A stretch of 64,000 nucleotides of DNA, taken from Sminthopsis crassicaudata (taxonomy: Eukaryota). The stretch is from positions 332,645,765 to 332,709,764 of the forward strand of contig NC_133620.1 in the NCBI RefSeq assembly GCF_048593235.1, read 5' to 3'. Each line of letters begins with the position of its first letter. Position 1 is the stretch's first letter. Positions 25,925 through 39,180 of this stretch are shown here, one piece after another. The translations under genes and the position numbers were made by a program. Under the pieces are notes generated by a model that saw only the letters and a list, made by a program, of their open reading frames with translations, was not told the DNA's origin and searched no databases.

Positions 25925-26534
25925 AAGAGAATGCCAACTAAACTAATCATCCCATAAGTCAGACCCCTCCCCAAGTCTCTCAAGTCATTTATTGCTTAGC
26001 CCCCTACATTACCTCTCTTGAAAGTGAGTAAAAAGATAAATTATTAGATTATGCATTAAGAGAGTTGGAAAGTAATGGGATCTTTTGAATTACTTTTGAA
26101 TTTCCAAAAAGACAATCCTATCATCTTAAGAAAAGTATTATTAGACATTTGACTTAAATTCAAAATTTTCAAAAATGAATTATTTTTATTATACAAAAAG
26201 AAGCATGTATGTTTAAGTTTCTAAAACTGCCTTCTCTTTAATTGGTAGAGAAGAAAAGGATTTATATCTATTTTTATACAAGAAAGGTTTAAATAATTAA
26301 AAGAACAGTGTAAAACTCAAAACTCTGTCCATTTTGTATAAGGCCTCTAATTTGTCCACATAATCAACCCATCCATTTATCCTTTTTATCATTTATCCTT
26401 TTTATCATTTATCTTTTACTATCCAGGATAGTTTTTCCTCAAGGAAAATCAAGAGAATTTGTGGCTTGGTTTCCTTGGCAACCTTATCTTTCCTGCAATG
26501 ATCCTTCCCTTAACTTTTCCCCTCCTTAATTTGT

Positions 26535-27315
26535 TTTTTCCCAATTACATGCAAAAATAATTTTAACATTCTTTTTTTTAAAATATGGAATTCCAAATTC
26601 TACCACACCATACCTCTGTCCTTCTCTTATCCCTAACCCACCTACATTTTTGTATGGTAAAATAGAATTCTACCCTCAAATGAGTGTGTATATTATTCTC
26701 TCTTTGAGTCTGTTCTGATGAGATTAAGGTTTATGTGCTCCTTTTTCCACTTATCCCATTTTCCCTTTCACTGTAAAATCTTTTCCAGGTCTCTTTTATG
26801 TCAGATAATTTATCCCATTCTACCTTTCCCTTTTCTCTCACAGCATTCTTTTTTCTCATTCCTTAATTTAATTTAATTTTTTTTAGATAACCGTCCTATT
26901 GCTTTTAACTTACACCTCTGCTTTCTATGTATATTTCTTCTAACTGGCCTAATAATAAAAAAGTTTTTAAGAATTACAAATATAATTTTCTCATGCAGAA
27001 ATATAAACAACTTAACCTTATTGAATCCCTTATGATTTTTTCCCATTTATCTTTTTATGCTTCTTCTGAATCTTGCATTTGAAAGTCAAATATTTTATTC
27101 AACTCTTTTCATTTACCTATTCAGGTCTTTTCATCAGGAATGCTTGAAAGTCCTTTAGTTCATTTAAATGTCCACTCCCCCATATCCCCAAAAGCATTAA
27201 ACTTGGTTTTGTTAAGTGATTATTGCTTGCAATCCTAGTCCTTTACCCTTCCCCTCCTCTCCATTCCTAGCCCTTCAATCCCTTAATACAGAAGCTTCTA
27301 AATCTTGTGTTTGTC
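26535..27315 (-). mobile_element. Old marsupial L1 fragment, antisense
   Basis: Reversed L1 motifs (ttcccaattacatgcaaaaataattttaacatt..., gaatgcttgaaagtcc). Confidence 0.7.
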
Positions 27316-27318
27316 TAG

Positions 27319-28676
27319 GCATAAAGAATGAGATTATAAATAAATTAGAAGAACATAGGATAGTTTACCTCTCAGACCTGTGGAGGAGGAAGGAATTTGT
27401 GACCAAAGAAGAACTAGAGATCATTATTGCTCACAAAATAGATAATTTTCATTATATTAAGTTAAAAAGCTTTTGTACAAACAAAACTAATGCAAACAAG
27501 ATTAGAAAGGAAGTAACAAATTGGGAAAACATTTTTTACAGTTAAAGGTTCTGATAAAGGCCTCATCTCCAAAATATACAGAGAATTGACTCTAATTTAT
27601 AAGAAATCAAGCCATTCTCCAATTGATAAATGGTCAAAGGATATGAAGGGACAATTCTCAGAATATGAAATTGAAACTATTTCTAGTCATATGAAGGAGT
27701 GTTCCAAATCATTGTTGATCAGAGAAATGCAAATTAAGACAATTCTGAGATGCCACTACACACCTGTCAGATTGGTTAAGATGACAGGAACAAATAACGA
27801 TGAATGTTGGAGGGGATGTGGGAAAACTGGGACACTGATGCATTGTTGGTGGAGTTGTAAAAGAATCTAACCATTCTGGAGAGCAATTTGGAACTATGCC
27901 CAAAAAGTTATCAAATTGTGCATGCCCTTTGACCCAGCAGTGTTTCTACTGGGCTTATATTCCAAGGAAATACTAAAGAGGGGAAAGGGACCTGTATGTG
28001 CAAGAATATTTGTGGAAGCTCTTTTTGTAGTGGCTAGAAACTGGAAACTACATGGATGCCCATCAATTGGAGAATGGCTGAATAAATTGTGGTATATAAG
28101 TGTTATATATTATTGTTCTGTAAGAAATGATCAGCAGGATGTTTTTAGAGGCCTGGAGAGACTTTCATCAACTGATGCTGAGTGAAATGAGCAGAACCAG
28201 ATCTTTGTATATGGCAACAGCAAGATTATACAATGATCAATTCTGATGGGCGTGGCTTTTTTCAACAATGAGGCTTGAATCAGGTCTGTTCCAATGGTCT
28301 TGTGATGAAGAGAGCCATCTCCATCCAAAGAGAGGAGTGTAGGGAGTGAATGTGGATCACAACATAGCATTTTCACTTCTTTTGTTGTTGTTTGCTTGAA
28401 TTTTATTTTCTTTCTTATTTTTTTTCCTTTTTGACATGATTTTTCATATGCAGAAAGATAATTGTATAAATAAGTATGTTTATATTGGATTTACATATAT
28501 TTTTACCATGTTTATCATTTATTGGATTACTTGCCATTTAGGAGAGGGGGTAGGAAAAAGGGAGAGAAACTGGAACACAAGGTTTTGTAAGGATTAATGG
28601 TGAAAAATTACCTTTGCATATGTTTTAAAAATAAAAAACTTCAATAAAAAATTAAAAATTAAAAAAAAAATAAAAA
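27319..28676 (+). mobile_element. 5'-truncated L1 (about 1.35 kb of ORF2 3' part plus 3' UTR)
   Basis: ORFs 27216-27545, 27586-27870 and 27916-28185 are frameshifted L1 ORF2 pieces (KLKSFCT, REMQIKT, CWRGCGK, CPSIGEW). Ends in an A-rich tail. Confidence 0.95.
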
Positions 28677-29510
28677 AGAATGCTCAAAAATCTTCTATTT
28701 CATTCTCCTAAAGAATTATACTCAGTTTTGCTGGGTAGAACATTCTTAGTTATAATCCTATCTCTTTTGCTCTCTGAAATACCATATTCTAACCCTTTAA
28801 TCCTTTAAATAAAAGCTGCTAAATCTTGTGTTATCCTGGCTGTGGCTCCACTGTGCTTGAATTGTTTCTTTCTAGATGTTTGTGGTATTTTCTCTTTGAC
28901 CTGGGAGTTTCAGAATTTGGGTATAATATTTCATCTTGGGGTCTCTTTCAGAAGGTGACTGTTTGGATTCTTTTAATTTCTATTTTATCCTCTAGTTCTA
29001 GAATATCAGCACAGTTTTCTTTGATAATATCTAGGCTCTTTCTTTGATCATGGCTTTCAGGTAGACCAATAATTTTAAAATTATTTCTTCTGGATCTACT
29101 TTCCAGACTAGTTGTTTGTCCAATGAGATATTCACACTATTTTCTATTTTTCCGTTCTTTTGGTTTTGTTATTATTATTTCTCATAAAGTCATTAGCCTC
29201 CATTTGCTAAAATCTAATTCTTAAGGCATTATTTTGCTCATTGAGCTTTTGTACCTTCTTCCCCATTTGGCCAATTTTGCTTTTTAGAGCATAATTCTTC
29301 TCATTAGTTTTATTTCCTTAGGCATCACTCTTACTAATTTTCCCTGTCTCTCATACTTGATTTTAAAAATCTTTTTTGAGCTTTTCCATGTTCTGAGACC
29401 AATTCATATTTTTCTTTCAGTCTTTGGGATGCAGAAATGTTGACTCTGTTATCTTCTTTTGAGTATGTGTTTTGATTTTCCTTGTCATCAGAGTAACTTT
29501 CAGGATTTTT

Positions 29511-29911
29511 TGTAACGTGCTATTGTCTCCAGAAGCTGCCGATCACTCTCTGGGAGGAGATCTGCTGTGTCAGCTCAAATCTCTCGGCCAGATTTTTCTT
29601 CCTGTAGAGAGTCAACTTCCCTTCCTGCAGAGAGCAGCCTCAAGTCTTGTCTAGGCAAAACTCCCCCTTTTCTCCAGAGCTGCCCTCTTTTATCCTCCCA
29701 GAGAATGGGCATGGGATAACGCAAGGGCTTCTGGGAAGAATTACTTCAACCAATTAACTTGCTCCTCCTAAGCATGCAAGCTCTTCCCCAGGAATTCACA
29801 AGTAAAAACTCCCAGTAAAGGCCAGAACTAGAGAATTGTCAAGTACTGACTTAGCACTTAGTAAGAACCTAATATCTCATTATCTCATTAGCACTTAGTA
29901 AGAACCTAACA
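29511..29911 (-). mobile_element. Solo ERV LTR (401 bp)
   Basis: TG...CA ends. Flanks ttttt / tcttt are a possible 5-bp TSD. A TATA-like GATAAAAG lies on the minus strand at 29687-29694, and ttagcacttagtaagaacctaa is duplicated internally. Confidence 0.8.
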
Positions 29912-30210
29912 TCTTTTCTTCTGTTGTTTGCTTTTTTTCCTGCCTATTTCTTGACTTTTACTCTATGCTAAAGTAGGGTGCTGTTTCCCAAGTGAAGGGG
30001 TCCTCCTCCCCAGCTTCAGGTTTTTTTATGTAGATTTTTTTCAGAGATTTCTGGTGATCTCTAAACTTTTGGCTCTTCCAGGAAGAGGTGTGTTTACTAT
30101 TCTATTGTTCTATGCCCTGGTTTTTAAGGGCACACAAGTATTCTTTTCAATCCTGGAACTGGACCAGGGTACTTGTTGCCCTGAAGCTGCTAGTTCTATT
30201 GTTTGAATAT

Positions 30211-30556
30211 TGTAGAGGCCTCTGAGTCAGCCAGTCAGGATGAATTAAAGTCCCTGGTCTTTAGGGGGAGAAGTGAAGGAGACAGGCAAGCAGAATCCTC
30301 GATTCAGGAGTTCACAGTCACCAACCTCCCTCCTCGAGTCCTGCTGCCAAGTGACTGTGGCCTCTGTCCCTCAGCCCTCCAATCCTTGCCTAGGATTCTT
30401 AACACCAATCATTCAGCAAGCACCAACAGTGAGAAGAGCCATTTATCCAAACATATGCTAATAGAGTCATTGTCTCACATCAAATTAGCCTAAATTAGCC
30501 TTATGTGCTAGGTTGTCTGATTCAAGCATACCTTTTTGGAGTTTCAGCCTTCTACA
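30211..30556. mobile_element. Solo ERV LTR (346 bp) with a 6-bp TSD (typical of ERV2/betaretrovirus-like elements)
   Basis: Inverted ends TGTAGAGG / CCTTCTACA and a perfect TSD GAATAT at 30205-30210 and 30557-30562. Confidence 0.9.
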
Positions 30557-31594
30557 GAATATTTCTCCTCACACTAAAGGACTAAGACTAAGACCAAGGA
30601 CTTCAACCCAGATCCAAAAGAATCCTAGCCCTGGTGCCACAAGGGAACCCTTGTACACCTCCTTCTGACCTCTTGTCTGATCCCCTTACTCTCTGTGGGC
30701 TGAGAGGTTTGGAAGCTACCCCAAGGCCTCCTGCTGGTTTGCTGGAGCCTGGTCTGAGCCAGCATGGCTCCTGGTACAACAAATCTTTCCTGTCAACCTT
30801 CTAAGTTGTCTTGGGCTGGAAAATTGTTTCACTCCATCTTTTTGTTGAGTTCTGTCGAATTTGTTTAGAGCACAAAATAGAGGCATCTGGGGTGTTTAGG
30901 GAAGAGCTCAGGCAAATCCTTGTCTTTCCATGTTTCCTTTTCTAAAAGTAATAAAGCCCTCTTCAGAATTACCAGAAGATGAAATCTAATTTGTGTAAGA
31001 TTAATTGTTACTGCTGATGGGGTCAACTTCCTGTCTGAGGGACAATGAGAAGACCCCATCTGACTCTAAACAGCTCTCCCACCAAAGAAACAGTGCTCGG
31101 AATTTCCATATTTCATTCCTGTGATTTAAGCAATGCCCTCTTTATGCAGTCTTTTTATATAACACAGAAGAACATATTACCTTCCTAATATTTTAGTGTT
31201 ATCAAAAGGAAGGAGTAGCTCCCTAGTACTGGTTCTTGAACTTGGAGGCAGAAGATAAGGAAAAGGAACAGAAAAGGAAAGAAGGATGGGGAAGATAGGG
31301 GAGCAAAGCACTGAAGAAGATTTTCTACTATATGTTACATTTCCTTCCAGAAGCCTGAACTTGTAGAAAAGCAAATGCACAAAAGATAAAAAGAAGCCAT
31401 ACTCCAATTTGAGAGTCTTGTGCATTTTAAGATGAAGACTATACTTAACTAGATCTAATCATTCTGTGGAAATTCACATGCTCAAATATCTCAGAGCTGG
31501 GTAAGACTGGGGGAGAAGAGGGTCATGGGAAAAATGATAATTCAATTTAGCAGCATTTATTAAGTGTCTACTATGTGCGAGGCAGTGTTACTAA

Positions 31595-32040
31595 TGAGGG
31601 AAAGGAAAGGGGAACCCCATTTCTCGGCACACAGATAATCCCATGAGGCACAGTGTCCCCTGTAAATGAATTTACAGGCCCGAAAACCTAGACTGATAAA
31701 TAAAAAGTTTATCGTAGGAATTTGGAAGTAAAGCTCAGTTAGAAAGACGCCAGGGCCAGAGGTGGCCGCTGGGCGGGCAGGAACCCTTACAGGGCTGGAA
31801 GGCTCCTGCAAAGAGGGAGTTCCGGCTCACCTCTTTTATACCCAAAAGATGATGGGTGGTACCCCTAAGTTCTCTGCGGGTTTTTCAGTTAGCTCAGATC
31901 AGGTGAAGGCTGGAGGAAGCTGAGCTGAGATGGGGGGCTGGGCCTGGATATTCAAAGGGTGCCTTTGACCAGGATTTATGAATCAAGGTCAGCCATGGGT
32001 TGGGCAATCAGGAATCTTAAAGGGACTTCAACCCCCATCA
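31595..32040 (-). mobile_element. Solo ERV LTR (about 446 bp), relatively young, inserted in an L2 remnant
   Basis: The minus strand runs TGATGGGG...CCCTCA with TATAAAAG at 31833-31840 and several retained CpGs. Flanks ttacta(a) / ttacca resemble a 6-bp TSD. Confidence 0.82.
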
Positions 32041-34079
32041 TTACCAGGCAATAAAGACAAAAAAAATAAAAAATAAAAAAATAAAAATTCCTACTCACAA
32101 AGAAATGATCAAGAAAATGCAAAAGCAACAGTTTTGAATTTTAATCAGTGTATGAGAAGAATGTTATACAATTAACATTGTGCAACTAAAACAAAGCAGA
32201 ATTTGGGACACTGACTCTTCTCCCAACAGCTGCAATTGAATAAAAGTAGCTTTTCTTTATACATACATTTATTTCTTAAAAATACAAACAAACAAAAAAC
32301 TTGCTGACTTTTATTTTATTCCTATTCACTTCCCCTTTGCCTCCAACCTCCTTACTTTTCCCCCTCCCCATGTTCTTGAGCTTATCTTTTACACAAGGAA
32401 AAACTTAAGAGAAATCATCTCACATAAAGACTAATCTGAAAGTGTATATTCTCTTCTATTCTCATAATTCTCCACTTCTCTGAGAGGAAGAAGGCGAGAA
32501 TCTTTTTATTTTCTTTCTTATTAAAAAAGAATTTTTAATGCTTTTTATTTTTATGACATAATCATTTTTTGGGGGAAAAAAGCCATTCCTATATTTTCCA
32601 GATTGAATTCTTTCTTATAACAAAGAAAAGCAATTAAGTAAAAAAACAAAAACAAAACAAAACAAAAAATTCTAAGCATAGTAATCTTTCACATTAATGT
32701 TAGGAATATTCTTTCCTAGGTGTCCCCTGCCTCTTTGACATGAATAAGAAATTAGGTTTAATTATTATCTGGGATCATCATTAATTTTTCAATTAGAATA
32801 ATCTTTCCATTTTTGTGATTTCCTTTCTTCCTTAGATTCTTGTAGTCATTGAATATACTGTCTTTTAAGTTATGCTTATTTTACTGTACAACTATTCATA
32901 CAGATCTCTCCATTTTTTCCTCACTATAATAATATTTTGTTGCATAATATTCTATACTATTCTTTTCTATTCATATGCCAATGGGAATCTACTTAGTTTT
33001 CTATTACCTGCCACCAAAGGAGTGCTATTATGAATATTTTGGAATAAACTCGAGCTTTGTTGCATCTTTGCTCTCTTAGGGTCATACTCTTATTTTCAAA
33101 GCAATTAGACAACCTTTAGTATCCTATCCTCACATCATTCCTATGAAATACTGTATGGTCCAGATTATCAATCCCATTTTACAGATGGGGAAATAAGACC
33201 CAGAGAAAGTAAGCAAGTATTCTAGCTCTCATATCCAGTTTACAATTTATGGTCAGAAAGAACTGAACATCAATAATATCTACAGAGGATTCTCAAACCT
33301 AATTTTTTATATTAATTATGAATTTCTTCTCCAAATACTTGAGTAGAACCAGGAACTAATATCCAAACTGGCCTTCTAGAGTTTCCTCTCCCCTCTCTAG
33401 TGGAAATCCTAACAAGATAGCCAGAAAGCCTCTCATTTTGATGTTACCTGGATTTGCTCATAACCAAGTAATTATCAAAGCTGAAAGCAGATAAGTCCCA
33501 GTGCTCATTTTGAGATTCCTAAGCCACGTGTTCTAAGCTGCCTAGACCAAATGCTTCAGAGCACCTCTCCGGGACATGGAAGAAAAAAATGCTAAGTGTC
33601 AGCAGTTTTTCAGAAACAGGAATTTAGGATAGGAAATTATTATGACATGGCTTAGTCCAGGAAAAGAAATGGAAGTAAACTTACATAAGCAACATTCTCT
33701 AAGTACAAAATGAGCTTGCCAAAACTTAATGAAGTTGGAAGAGACTTTGAAAGAGCCCCCTACCTTTCAGGCAATTGAATAGCCAAAACATTTAGGAGAG
33801 ATGTGTCTTTTCCACAGAGTGAGATGATCACAGGCCTGGTGTTTTGTTTTTTTTTTTTTAAAGTAGTTATAAAAGTTTCAGAGTGTCAAGAGAAGTCTGG
33901 GATCATCACCACAAAAATAGAGGGTTTTAAATGGACTTAAGTCATGACTCTTTATTTCATTTTCTTTCTGCCCACTCAATCTTAGTAATTTCACTTTGTA
34001 TTGGTTTCCATATCAACAAGATGTGATCCAAAAGCCATGGAAGTTGTTCTGCAAAGTCATGACACAAGCACATTAAATG

Positions 34080-35570
34080 TGAAGTTAAACTGAAAATCAC
34101 CAACTTGAAATGTAGCCAATTTGAAAAACACTGAGATGAAAAGGTCCAAAAACTTCATAGAAGATATGGACAATTTTGATAATTTGATAAATTTGATAAA
34201 ATTGAAAAGCTTCTGCACAAATAAAATCATGCAGTTAAGATTAGAAGGGAAGCAGTTAACTAGGGAAAAAACACGTAACAAGTTTCTCTGTTAAACACAC
34301 ACACACACACACACACTCATATGAAGCCTCTGCTTTTTCCTGTACATACATATTAATACAATCCAAAGGATCTAGTCTATTCAACTAGTACTGTATGATG
34401 ATGGTGTCCTACAGAATACTGGTCTCATCAAAATAGGGATCTGGTATCTAAGGTACATAGGAAATGGGTTCAAATATATAAAAAGGAGAGACATTTCCCA
34501 AGAGTTTTGATGTGAACAGGATATAAAGGATATAAAGAAAGAATCTAAACCATAGGGGAGAAAATGTTTAAAATTACAAATAATAAGAAAAGTACAAATT
34601 AAAATAACTATGAAGTCCCTTCTCAGATTTGCAAAGCTGACTTTAAAAAAAAAAAAGGAAAACAATAATTTTGGAAGGTATGTAGGAAAACAGGAAGACT
34701 AATGTACTGCTAGTAAGGTTAAGACTTAGCCTAACCATTCTGGAAAGAATTTGGACATGTACTCCCAAAGTCTCTAAAATGTATATATCCTTTCAATGAG
34801 AAATACCACTGTTGGGTATATATACACCAAAGCAAGCAAAGAAATAAGGAAAGTTTCCAAATGTAAAGAAATATTTATAGTAACCCTTTTTGTTGTAGCA
34901 AAGAATCAGAAACTAAAAATCTGTCTACCAATGGGAGGTGAAAAATTATGGTATTAAGAATGCAATGGAATATTATTGTATCATAAGAAATGACAAAAGG
35001 GATGGATTCAGAGACACCTGAATGTAAAGAGAGATAAATAAAACCAGAAAAAATTTTATAACTAAAACATTCTAAAGAAAAATAATGTTAAAAACTTCAG
35101 AACCCTGATTCAATAACCAAACACTACTCCAGAAGATCTACAAAGAAGCATGCTACCTATTCACCTGACACAGAGGTGGGGGACTAGTTGGGTAGAATAA
35201 AATAAACATCATTGGACATGACTAACATGTTTTGCTTGATGATATTTGTTACAAGGGAGGTGCTATTGTTTTTTTTTTTTTATTTAAAGGGAAACTAAAA
35301 ATAAGAATTCCAAAAAGAAAAAGAAAAAAAAGGGAGATCAGTATAGCATTTTTTAAAAAATGAACAGAAAAGAAGGAGACACACAAGCATGATGTCTTTG
35401 AAACTAATGTGTTGATATTCTTTTTGAAAGCAAAATGCAAGCTCTACATAATGGATATTCAAAATGTCATGCATAATTTTTTTCTGTTCTGTATATATAG
35501 AAATGCTCTTGTTTTATGATGTTTTATCAAGGAAAGAATAAAAAAAAATTTTTAATTTTTAAAAGGTATA
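34080..35570 (+). mobile_element. Old L1 ORF2 3' part and 3' UTR, interrupted by (CA)n
   Basis: Contains aaattgaaaagcttctgcacaaataaa (KLKSFCT) plus downstream L1 C-terminal and UTR motifs. Confidence 0.75.
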
Positions 35571-36429
35571 CCAGAAAAAGAAATTCTACAACAAGGCAAC
35601 ATTTTAATTGATTATAATTCTTCACCATAACAATCACTATGGAATTGAAGATAAATTAGAATAAGCAGAGACTTATTAAATACAGACTATGCTACTGAAC
35701 TCTGCATATACGAATATAAACTAGCAGTTCTGAATTCTGACACTCTAAACATTATCAGTTCATCCAGTTTGTTGCCAGTTTTGGCTTCTAAATAAATTGA
35801 CAAGCATCTGAAAAAAGGTCAGTCTACAGAAGCAGCTGACTCTTTGACCAGTGATATTGCTGGTATGTTGGGTAATTCTGAGAAGTTTCATTCCCAAAAG
35901 ACAAAATAGGGTCGCTAAGCATTAATAATTCTTTCTCCCTGCATGCTTGGCAGAAAGCACACAGCAATTAGTTGTTCAGCAAAGACCCTCAGGAGAGGGC
36001 CTCATCAATATAAAGTCAGTGTCTGGGGCTGGGGTAAAGGCCCATTTGGTTCTGAAAATTACTTGCCTATAAGATGAATCTTTCACCTGGGAAGATAGAC
36101 CTGCTCTTTGGGAGTTTGGTATTTGGAGCTGTTTTTTATACTCATTGCCTATAGTGGAACTGTCCAACAAATAGAAGAGCAAAAGCTTAAATCAGCCAAG
36201 CAGAAAATGAGATCCTGAGGTCTGAATAGTTGCCAATGAAAGTTACCTCTGGCTCCTAAGATTTCTTAACTGAAGAAAAGTACTCTGCAGATAGCCAATG
36301 GGACCCAGAATGAAGTCATATCAATGAGCCACCTGACATTTCACAGTCTCATAGAATCTTGAGACTGGGCTGGAACCTGAGGGCCTAACTAGTGCAATCC
36401 ATATGGTAAATGAATCCCCCAGGTTAATA

Positions 36430-38898
36430 TGCCTACAAGTAAGTTATCCAGATTCTACTTAAGGAAGTTTTTGTTGTTGTTGTTGTTGTTGTTTTTAAAG
36501 GAGGAGGAATTTACCACCTTTCAAAATAATCCATTCCACTTTTGGATTAGGAAATTTTTCAGGAAATCAAGTTTAAATCTGCCTACTTGCAACCTCCAAT
36601 CTATTGCTCCTTATTCTACTCTCTGGGGTCATGCAAAACAAGTTAAATTTCTTTTATATGACAAGTACTTGAAGACTACCATCATGTCTCCTCTTTCTCA
36701 AGCTAAAATAACCTCAATTTGTCTAACCCAGTTTGCCCAAATGATCTTCATATGGCATGGTCTCAATAATCCTCATTATTATGGTTATCCTTTTCTGGAC
36801 ATCATCAGTGTCCCTGAACCAAACCCATCCAGGGGTGGTTCAAACAAGGCAAAGAATAGATATTATCACTTTCTTATTTCTGGAAGCTATGGCTTTCCAA
36901 AATGATATAAGATTTTTTAGGTTTCCACATCTTATTGCTGATTCTTATCAAATTTGTAGCTCACTAAAACTCTCAGATCTTTTTCAGACAATTACTGTCT
37001 AAAGCATGCTTCCCCCTTATTGTACTTGTAAAGATGATTTATTTTAACCCAAGAATAAGACTTGATATTTATCCCTAATTCAACTCATTAGATTCAGCCC
37101 AATGCTCTAGCCTATCATCTAGTAGGTTAGCTTATCCCTCCCTGTCATGTGCAGATTTCATAAGCACATACCAATGCCTTTATCTTAGTCACTGGAAAAA
37201 AGGTTATGTCACTCAGGACCAACCACAGCTCCCAAGGACACTCCACTGGAGGTTCCCTGTCTTATTGACCCTGAAAGATTAATAGCTACTTTTTAAGTTT
37301 TGATCTTTCAAAAATTCTGAATCTAGCTAATTATATTATCTTCTAATCCACATATTTCTATCTTTACCACAAAAATGACATAAAAGGCTTAAATATTTGT
37401 CTAGATAAACTATATCTACAGCATTCTCCTCATCTTTTAATCAGTTTAATAACCTTATCAAATAAAGAAATAAGGTGAGTGTGACATGACCTGTTCTGGA
37501 TCAAGCTATACTGACTCTTTGTAATCACTGCTTTCCTTCTTAGATAGCTATTATTCTTTTCTTTCATACTTTACTCGAGAACTTCTTAGGAATCAAAGAT
37601 AAACTTTGCAGATGATTGCGAAAATGGGGGCATTTGTCTATCTCTAATCTAATGGATTTCACCCATTTTTATACAATCTTTTAAATACTACTGACTGTGG
37701 CATAGCAATTACATTTGCAATACTTTTAATACCTGAGGCTGAAATTAATCTGGACCAAGGAACTTAAATTCACCAAGGGCAACCAGGTATTATCAATTTG
37801 GCATACATTCTTAGCGCTAAATAATTTTTATTCTGTGCAAAGGTCACCCTACAGAGAAAACAGAAAAAAAAATTTTTTGAGAAGCTCTTGACTTCTTTCT
37901 ATTGTTTATTATCATCCTCCTATATATACCCCAAGCAGAGTTCTGGGCCTTCTTTGAATTTCCTTTTTACTCCCAAAACAGCTTTAAACTTCATCCCCCT
38001 CCCTTTTGTCCTTGGTTTCCCTTACCAGCCTCAGTTCATTCTAGCTTCTTTACTCCTGACATTTTTATAGGATACTCTTGTATCCATCCTTTGTTACTAG
38101 GATTTACTTCTATCTTCTTTATTTTCATTTTCAAATTTTAAGTGACTTAATAAGTTCCCTGCTTATTTACATGTTTTTTTCCCATATATTTCACATTTTC
38201 CTTCTTTATTGGACTTGTTTTCTTTTCTGTTAAAAATTTCATTCTGTTGTATATGTTTAACATACTAGATTACTTGTCATCTAGGGGAGAGGGTGAGGGA
38301 AAAGAAAGGAAAAAAAAATTTGCAAAGATGAATGTTGAAAATTATCCATGTATATGTTTTGAAAATAAACAGCTTTAATAAAAAAAATCACTCTGTAGCA
38401 TCTCTTCTTCATTCAAAATTCATTTTGTAGCATCTCATCATTCATTCTTCATCTTTTCTTGAGATGACACTCCTTGCATAATTTTAGTTCATGGGATATT
38501 ACCTAAGAGCTTCCTAAACCTTCTGAAATCTTTCCCCAAGGATGGATGTCAGATTATGTTCAGATCTCTTCCTCTCTTTCTTCTCTTTTTCCTCCTCACA
38601 AACTCCAGGTCCAAATGGTCACACCCTTCCCAGAGTTCCTATCAACTATATCCCAGAAATATGTTCTTTACTTTTAATAAGAATCAGAATAAAAATATTT
38701 TGCTCTTTTATTGTTTTCTCAATATTCTGAAGGATGAAGTGATCACCAAAAATAGTGCTTTTAGCAGAGAAAAAGCTCCTGCAAATACCTCGTTAAATAA
38801 AGTCCCCCAATATTGCTATATTGGTCCTATGTCACAGTTGCAACCTATTTCCCAATTTTCTCATCCATTTCTTCTTTCTACCAGTTTATAATGTGTAT

Positions 38899-38934
<36 letters not shown>

Positions 38935-39149
38935 TCCAATGAAAAAAATCATTTCTGATTCTCTAGCCACTTAACTCATCCAAATAGATTCCACCATGCT
39001 TCTCTCTTCTGGTTCCTAGATTTTTTTTTCACAAAAGCCTATCTTCTTAATTTACATTTCCCTTTGTACTCTGTGTGTGTGTATGTGTGTTTTATATTCC
39101 ATATATTCCAGTCATATTCCACTCAACAAGTCTCTGACATCAATGAGAT

Positions 39150-39180
<31 letters not shown>

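Larger units (their letters stand above)
28677..30930 (-). mobile_element. Old L1 (ORF1 and 5' region), antisense, interrupted by two solo LTRs
   Basis: Reversed L1 ORF1 and 5' UTR motifs resume on both sides of the LTRs at 29511 and 30211. Confidence 0.7.

Noticed and set aside
26373-26415. Short tandem duplications (here, and at 39767-39794, 43885-43934, 61199-61240) as a CRISPR-like or functional array
   Set aside because: They have only 2-4 adjacent units and no unique spacers, which fits ordinary slippage in a eukaryotic intron.
27136-28830. Similar sequences on both sides of the 27319-28676 L1, read as a giant TSD
   Set aside because: The two flanks are far more diverged from each other (with many indels) than the age of the inserted L1 allows. 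Two separate old L1 fragments covering the same consensus region explain them better.
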